A DNA stretch of 64,000 nt from a virus, in the UHGV virus genome UHGV-0060833; one strand, 5' to 3'. Below the pieces are notes generated by a model. That model was given only the letters and a program-made list of their open reading frames with translations. It made no database searches and was not told the DNA's origin. Made by a program: the position numbers and the translations under genes. Below, in pieces: positions 58,788 to 64,000 of this stretch (the stretch's first letter is position 1; the number at the start of each line of letters is the position of its first letter).

Positions 58788-60703
58788 GCCGCTACCCCCG
58801 CTTTCTGGATTGCTACCAACAGATCAGCCAGGTGGCGAGCTGCGCCGTTAACCAGCTCTTCGTTTTCCTCAAAACGTCCGGCAGCCTGAAGGGCTGCAAT
58901 CGCTTCCCGGACATTGCCCCGGGCGTTACGGATCTCCGCCATGTCAGTGCTTTGTATATCCATCACGTTATTGAGATATTCAATGGCTTTATTAGCCTCT
59001 GCATCTGCTTCGCTAACCGTTTCATCAGGCTGTGCCGGGGCCGGTTCTGGCTGAGTAATCTCACCGACTTCGGCCTGCAATGCATTGATCATGCTCTGCA
59101 CCATTTTCTCGGTGCCAGCGCCCCCAGGAAACGCAATATTGGGGAAAGTTTTTTGAAACTGAGTTTTCAGCATTACGCGGAACTCGTCTGGTGAGCTGGT
59201 GGCCAGCTCCAGAGCTTTTTGTGCATATTTGCCAAACGGACCATTAGTAAGTGTCTTCGCCAGGAAGTCGAAAGAATCCTCGCGAGGCAATAACTTCAGG
59301 TCGTACTCACTCATTTGCTGATCAGAAAGCGGGGTATCGTAAGTAGCAATGCCGTAGCGTGCATATTCATAATACGGGTCACCTTCATCAGGGCGCGGCA
59401 GAATTGCTTTGTTACCTTCAGGTATTGCGCCAGGGGCCGCCGGACGCATTTGCAGGGCATATCGATATGCACCTACAGAGACTTCTGGTTCAGGCGAAGA
59501 GCTACCGGTATCCTCCGCTGGTTCAGGTTCGACGTTTTCCGGTTTATGTTCTTCTGGTTGGACCAGGTATTCCGATACATTACCCGCTTTATAGGCTTTA
59601 AACAGCTTGCCGATCGCATCTGCCATGTCCACACCCTGTATGGATTTAGCCTTGATCATGTATACGCTGCCATCCGGATCGGTTAACTGGATATACCCTT
59701 CGCCGCCCCCAATGAATTGCTTCATTGATGCTCCATTACTGAGCGTCACTTCCCCGTTCATATGCATACGATTTTTGATACTGGCAAGGCGATCCGTCAG
59801 CGCGCGCGAGTGCCCACCAGTCATCCCCGCTGGATCAATGGTATCGCGCCCACCTGTGCGATTGAGCTGATCAATCTCCGTCTGCAAACGCTCATTCTCT
59901 TCATAAAGAGAATCCGCTTCCGATGCAACAGCGTTAATTTTCTGCTCCAGATCTACCTTCTGCCCTTCTACCGCTGCCACCTGATCCGCGAGGTCGCTCA
60001 TGGCATCCTCTTTCTGGTCACTGTCAGCCTGTAGTTGGGTTATTTCATCAACCAGGGCTTTTTTCTTCTTCTGCGCACGCTGGAATTTTGCCGAGTTTTT
60101 CTCTGCAAGGTTGGCAAGTTTCATGGTGACCTGCGCCAGCGTCATATCACGTCCACTCATCGGAGCAACGGTGTGAGTAACGTCTTTTTTATTCAGTAAG
60201 AACTGGAAAGCAACCAGCGTATCGCTATTGGTGATCCGGTTTTCCGCTGTCGGGCTATGAAACAGAATGCTGATAGTCTGACCATCACTGAGCGGAATAA
60301 TGGCTGGCAGGACCGGCAGCCCGTTAACGTTACGTGCCCGGCCAATTTCAGCACCGCCGATCGCGCGCGCGCCGCTCTGGGCCACCTCCCCCGTTTTATC
60401 ACTCCCCGCAGAGATTCCGGTACCATTCAGCTTCTGGTTCAATGCCCGGACAAATGCCTGCATGGTCCGGTGTAACTGCAAACGAGTAGAACTAATCGCC
60501 TCCAGTAAATCCGTAGCACACCAGTGGATCGGCGTGTCATAGAAGAACGTAGCCTCGATTTCCTCCAGGGTGTTGGATTCCGTCATCAGATAGCGGTCCT
60601 CACCGGCCATTAATGCGCGATATTCATCATCAGTCACTGGCGGGGGAAGCACGTCAAGCCCAGGCTTGATCGTCACCCCTTTATTGATATTTAACTGTTC
60701 CAT
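58784..60703 (-). CDS. darA: DarA antirestriction / capsid-internal protein precursor
   Basis: 639 aa, matching recalled DarA size; shares a lysine-rich block with the upstream hdf-like gene; embedded in the lydA-lydB operon. Confidence 0.7.
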   Translation of the reverse strand: MEQLNINKGVTIKPGLDVLPPPVTDDEYRALMAGEDRYLMTESNTLEEIEATFFYDTPIHWCATDLLEAISSTRLQLHRTMQAFVRALNQKLNGTGISAGSDKTGEVAQSGARAIGGAEIGRARNVNGLPVLPAIIPLSDGQTISILFHSPTAENRITNSDTLVAFQFLLNKKDVTHTVAPMSGRDMTLAQVTMKLANLAEKNSAKFQRAQKKKKALVDEITQLQADSDQKEDAMSDLADQVAAVEGQKVDLEQKINAVASEADSLYEENERLQTEIDQLNRTGGRDTIDPAGMTGGHSRALTDRLASIKNRMHMNGEVTLSNGASMKQFIGGGEGYIQLTDPDGSVYMIKAKSIQGVDMADAIGKLFKAYKAGNVSEYLVQPEEHKPENVEPEPAEDTGSSSPEPEVSVGAYRYALQMRPAAPGAIPEGNKAILPRPDEGDPYYEYARYGIATYDTPLSDQQMSEYDLKLLPREDSFDFLAKTLTNGPFGKYAQKALELATSSPDEFRVMLKTQFQKTFPNIAFPGGAGTEKMVQSMINALQAEVGEITQPEPAPAQPDETVSEADAEANKAIEYLNNVMDIQSTDMAEIRNARGNVREAIAALQAAGRFEENEELVNGAARHLADLLVAIQKAGVAA

Positions 60704-60704
60704 G

Positions 60705-61316
60705 TTAATTTCCTGCTTTCAGTTGCTTAAGACGACGTTTGAGTTCGCCATTCCGTGCCTTTTCGTTATTGAGTCGGCCCGTCTCCTTATCCAGCTTCGC
60801 CCGCAAATCAGTGATCTGCTGTTGATTGAAAGACACCGAATTCTGCGCGGACTTATAAGCGGCAACCACCTGAGCATTCCGCTGTTTTGCTTCTTGCAGG
60901 CGCTGAAAGTTGGATTTAACTGCCGGTTTCTTGTCTACCGGATTGGCAACACGCTTCGCTTTGGCGATCAGTGATTTCTGGAATTTTGCGGAGTTTTTGC
61001 GGGCCGCCTGTCCCATGACGGTACCAAGCGTCTTGATATCCGGCGACTGAGCGTTAGGAATAGCTTTTCCATTCAGTTTCACAGACGATATATCGCCAGT
61101 ATCGTTTACCTGTATGGCAAGAATTTGTCCGTCGTTAAGAACCAGCTTTGCGGTTTTAACTTTAACGCCATCTTTCGTTGTTGCGCGGTTGCTGGAGTCA
61201 ACCTCAATTACCGTAACACCGGTTTTATTGATCGCCGCGATAAGGGATTTCAGCCCCTTTTCATTAACCTGGTCAAAATCGACCGTTGCATACTTATTTT
61301 TCGTCATCTGACACAT
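60705..61316 (-). CDS. hdf: Homolog of DarA fragment
   Basis: 203 aa; ARKNSAKFQKSLIAKAKR resembles DarA AEKNSAKFQRAQKKKKAL; directly upstream of darA. Confidence 0.6.
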   Translation of the reverse strand: MCQMTKNKYATVDFDQVNEKGLKSLIAAINKTGVTVIEVDSSNRATTKDGVKVKTAKLVLNDGQILAIQVNDTGDISSVKLNGKAIPNAQSPDIKTLGTVMGQAARKNSAKFQKSLIAKAKRVANPVDKKPAVKSNFQRLQEAKQRNAQVVAAYKSAQNSVSFNQQQITDLRAKLDKETGRLNNEKARNGELKRRLKQLKAGN

Positions 61317-61737
61317 CCTGTGCGAGATTTATTACGTAACTTCTGCGGATTTGCTGAGTAACAGGGAAAATCCGATACAACGGGTTAATGAACGAGTCGC
61401 CATGCGTAACCATGATGTTGAAATGCCACAGTCGCTCTCCTTTACCCATATATTCAGTGGGTATGTACAACCATTCACTGTTTTCGCCCTGTTCAGCCGA
61501 CGTCAGACAACGTTGTTCACCTTCAATCACTGTCGTCGGCTTCTGAACATCGCGGATCCAATATCTGACCGTTGCGCCGCGCAAAAACGGGAATTTAGAC
61601 CGGTACTTGAACGGCACCCGGATGAAACCCGGTTTAATTTCCACATCACCAAGTTCTAAATGCGTGATGTCCTTGCGTTTTAGCAAATAGCGATCGGCTA
61701 AGGCTAACGCAAGAACGCATACACCCCAGCCAATCAT
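61294..61737 (-). CDS. lydB: Putative antiholin (P1 lydB position)
   Basis: 147-aa ORF overlapping the holin-like gene stop by 4 nt. Confidence 0.55.
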   Translation of the reverse strand: MIGWGVCVLALALADRYLLKRKDITHLELGDVEIKPGFIRVPFKYRSKFPFLRGATVRYWIRDVQKPTTVIEGEQRCLTSAEQGENSEWLYIPTEYMGKGERLWHFNIMVTHGDSFINPLYRIFPVTQQIRRSYVINLAQDVSDDEK

Positions 61738-62063
61738 TTCCCGCCTCCCTTTTTCACCAAACTTGTAAGAACATTCAGAATGCTATCGATATTCACTCGT
61801 TTCATCCCTGAAATCACCTCATGACCGTTATTGCTGGCTATCGTTACCATTAAGTACGTAATTGATAACTCCCAGCCCTCGTGTTGCCCCAATAGGTACG
61901 CCACCGCGCCAGCTGTCACTGCAACAAAGATCTCCGTAACCAATCCCAACAAATTGCCAGACTGGCGACCGTCTCGGACATCCATCAGGAACGTGCCTAT
62001 CCCACCAATTACTGAAAGCAGGAGCGCAATAGCAACTGGAGCTAATTCCTGTGTGTCAAGCAC
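61734..62063 (-). CDS. lydA: Holin-like membrane protein
   Basis: 109 aa; hydrophobic segments VAIALLLSVIGGIGTFLM and IFVAVTAGAVAYLLG; first gene of the operon. Confidence 0.6.
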   Translation of the reverse strand: MLDTQELAPVAIALLLSVIGGIGTFLMDVRDGRQSGNLLGLVTEIFVAVTAGAVAYLLGQHEGWELSITYLMVTIASNNGHEVISGMKRVNIDSILNVLTSLVKKGGGK

Positions 62064-62130
62064 AAGTTCCCTCCTACGTTGTCAGGAGGTAATGGTATGC
62101 AAAGTAACTTCTCAACCGGTCATTTGTTGC

Positions 62131-62412
62131 TTAAGAGGCATTTCTATTGAGGTACGAATCGATAATCCTTTGTAACTTTTCAAGAATGAGCCTGTTATTG
62201 ATGCTGCAAATAATAGTCACGCAATTCTGAAGACTTTCATCCATACCCTTATATTCCGCGAAATACATGCCTATAAAGCCTGCAAGTACGGCAGCAATAC
62301 ACTCGGCCATCAATTGCCTGCATGACGCTTCGTAACGTTTTTCACGAACCCCATTCAGAAACGAATGCACCCCGCCAAGGATGGAGAGGAGCATTATTGT
62401 GAAATCACACAT
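62131..62412 (-). CDS. Small holin-like membrane protein
   Basis: 93 aa; hydrophobic segments TIMLLSILGGVHSF and AAVLAGFIGMYF. Confidence 0.45.
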   Translation of the reverse strand: MCDFTIMLLSILGGVHSFLNGVREKRYEASCRQLMAECIAAVLAGFIGMYFAEYKGMDESLQNCVTIICSINNRLILEKLQRIIDSYLNRNAS

Positions 62413-62539
62413 AACTATTTCCTTAATAGTGAATTAAATATCATTGGGAAACGGTATGTACTTTGTGATTTCCACACATACTGGTTTTTGTTAATTAAAA
62501 TCCGCAGCTTGCTATAAATAACGATAGTGAGCAGAAAAT

Positions 62540-62850
62540 ATGCTAATAGGCTATGTACGCGTATCAACAAATGAACAAAACACTGCTTTACAACGAAACG
62601 CTCTTGAAAGCGCAGGATGTGAGCTAATTTTTGAGGACAAGGCGAGTGGAAAAAAGGCTGAACGACCAGAGTGAAAAAGGCTTTTGATAGGTAAACTCTG
62701 GTCGTATGAAAGTTAAATTTGCGTGGGTGCAGCATGCGCTCACTCTTGAGGCATGAACGGTAATCATCTGATAACTTGTAGCTCGATTATCCGGACGCAC
62801 TGGAACCAGTCGATGCTTCCAGCGATCCAGATATTTCATTAAATGGACTA
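62540..62850 (+). pseudogene. cin: Decayed cin-type serine DNA invertase
   Basis: [44 protein letters not shown] then TGA; shifted frames still read TLVV.KLNLRGCSMRSLL (cf. TLVVWKLDRLGRSMKHLISL); 3' part missing, U gene ends at 62848. Confidence 0.8.
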
Positions 62851-63282
62851 CGCCTCCGGGAACGCTGGCCAATTGACATCTGGTGCAGTGCTGGTATCCG
62901 TTGCGGTCACCGCATCGATATAATCCAGCACAGCGTTAAGACGGGTGGTTTCAGCCTGCGTAAGATTCCGCCCGGCCTGTAATTTCAGTTGAATAAGACT
63001 AATGGAAGCCATTGCGGTATCAATCAGCGACTGTTTTTTCTGTTCAGCGTCAGCTACCAGTTCATCATGAGAACGTTCCGGAGTGGGTGGCGCAGTAAAT
63101 CCCCCGTCTGAATACCCCCAGCCGATTCCGGGCTGCTCACTGATATCAGAAATATTAATGAGCTGCTGATTATCCGGCACTGTGAATTCAGCCTCGCCAT
63201 CCCAGACAATGACATTCACAACCATCCCATTTTCAATAACTGCATATGACGTATTCATTATGCAAACTCCTCGATAATACAA
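62848..63282 (-). CDS. Tail fibre assembly chaperone (U/Tfa-like)
   Basis: 144 aa; overlaps the 3' end of the fibre gene, as in Mu/P1 S-U pairs. Confidence 0.7.
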   Translation of the reverse strand: MYYRGVCIMNTSYAVIENGMVVNVIVWDGEAEFTVPDNQQLINISDISEQPGIGWGYSDGGFTAPPTPERSHDELVADAEQKKQSLIDTAMASISLIQLKLQAGRNLTQAETTRLNAVLDYIDAVTATDTSTAPDVNWPAFPEA

Positions 63283-64000
63283 ATCCCTGAAGCGCCTTTC
63301 CCGCCCGTCATACTGGTTCCGCTATAACCGGCATCGTATGCGCCACCTCCGCCTGAACCATATGCTTTACCGATAACACCACCGCCAGCGCCTGCACGTC
63401 CACCGCCGCCCCAGTACGATGTTCCGCCTTCACCGCTGACGCCGATATTTCCGGACTGACCGTCGCCTCCATGTCCACCAGTGATGCGGATATCGCCAGT
63501 ACTCGGCACACCGCCGTTACCACCGTTTGTGTTTGTGACTCCTGACTTTCCGCCGCCTGAGCCACCAGGAGCAATTAACGATGCGAATACACTATTCCCG
63601 CCACTGGTGCCGTTCGTCGCACTAACACCACCGGCCCCACCTGCGCCGATAGTGACTGGATAACTATTCTGTGTCGGGGTCATTATTGAAATTATTGTCC
63701 CACCGGCCCCACCGCCAGCACCGAAAAACGTCTCGCTGCTCGAGTATGCCTTGCAGCCGCCCCCTCCGCCACCGCCGCCCGTTATTGTGACCCTGATCCG
63801 TTTTGTTCCTGGGGTTGGGGTATACGTACCTGATGAAGTGAAAACCTGGGTATTCACCAAACGCCCAACATATCCGCTTGAATCGCTCAGGCCAAGGTTA
63901 GCAGCAGTTAAAGTAATATTTGCAGAACCATCAAACTTAACACCGTTGATAGTGCGTGCAGTCTGTAGTTTCGTTGCGGTTGCGGCATTACCGGTAGTGC
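63258..64000 (-). CDS. Tail fibre protein, C-terminal variable part (5' end beyond window)
   Basis: Frame open to the window edge (…ATKLQTARTINGVKFDGSANITLTAANLGLSDSSGYVGRLVNTQVF…) followed by Gly-rich repeats; ORF-track start at 63860 is an internal TTG. Confidence 0.75.
   Translation of the reverse strand, partial: TTGNAATATKLQTARTINGVKFDGSANITLTAANLGLSDSSGYVGRLVNTQVFTSSGTYTPTPGTKRIRVTITGGGGGGGGCKAYSSSETFFGAGGGAGGTIISIMTPTQNSYPVTIGAGGAGGVSATNGTSGGNSVFASLIAPGGSGGGKSGVTNTNGGNGGVPSTGDIRITGGHGGDGQSGNIGVSGEGGTSYWGGGGRAGAGGGVIGKAYGSGGGGAYDAGYSGTSMTGGKGASGICIIEEFA

Overview
This 64 kb window is a contiguous stretch of a P1-like temperate phage-plasmid of Enterobacteriaceae. The backbone is read directly from the sequence: a perfect 34-bp loxP followed by cre; the c1/coi immunity locus with 17-bp C1 operators (ATTGCTCTAATAAATTT-like) scattered across the window; pacA/pacB with the GATC-hexamer pac site; phd-doc; the RepA/oriR replicon (five iterons, DnaA boxes, GATC cluster); ban with three tRNA genes; dmt; the 2255-aa darB and the darA operon with lydA/lydB; prt/pro, a SAR endolysin and ssb; tail-fibre genes at the right edge. 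Three blocks look like cargo on this backbone. (1) A lower-GC two-gene cassette (346 aa plus a 169-aa nucleoside 2-deoxyribosyltransferase-like protein) sits between ref/mat and lxc-ulx-darB, where P1 carries its type III res/mod; it is the best candidate for an undescribed defence or abortive-infection module. (2) A type I restriction-modification operon (hsdM-hsdS-hsdR) lies next to phd-doc, with a (TAEL)3 tandem repeat inside hsdS. (3) A lower-GC HipA-like kinase with an N-terminal HTH sits beside the darA operon. The cin invertase is decayed to a pseudogene. Gene names and 'expected' P1 positions come from my recollection of the P1 map, and GC statements are by-eye estimates; nothing was searched or computed, so alignment to a P1 reference is needed to confirm them.
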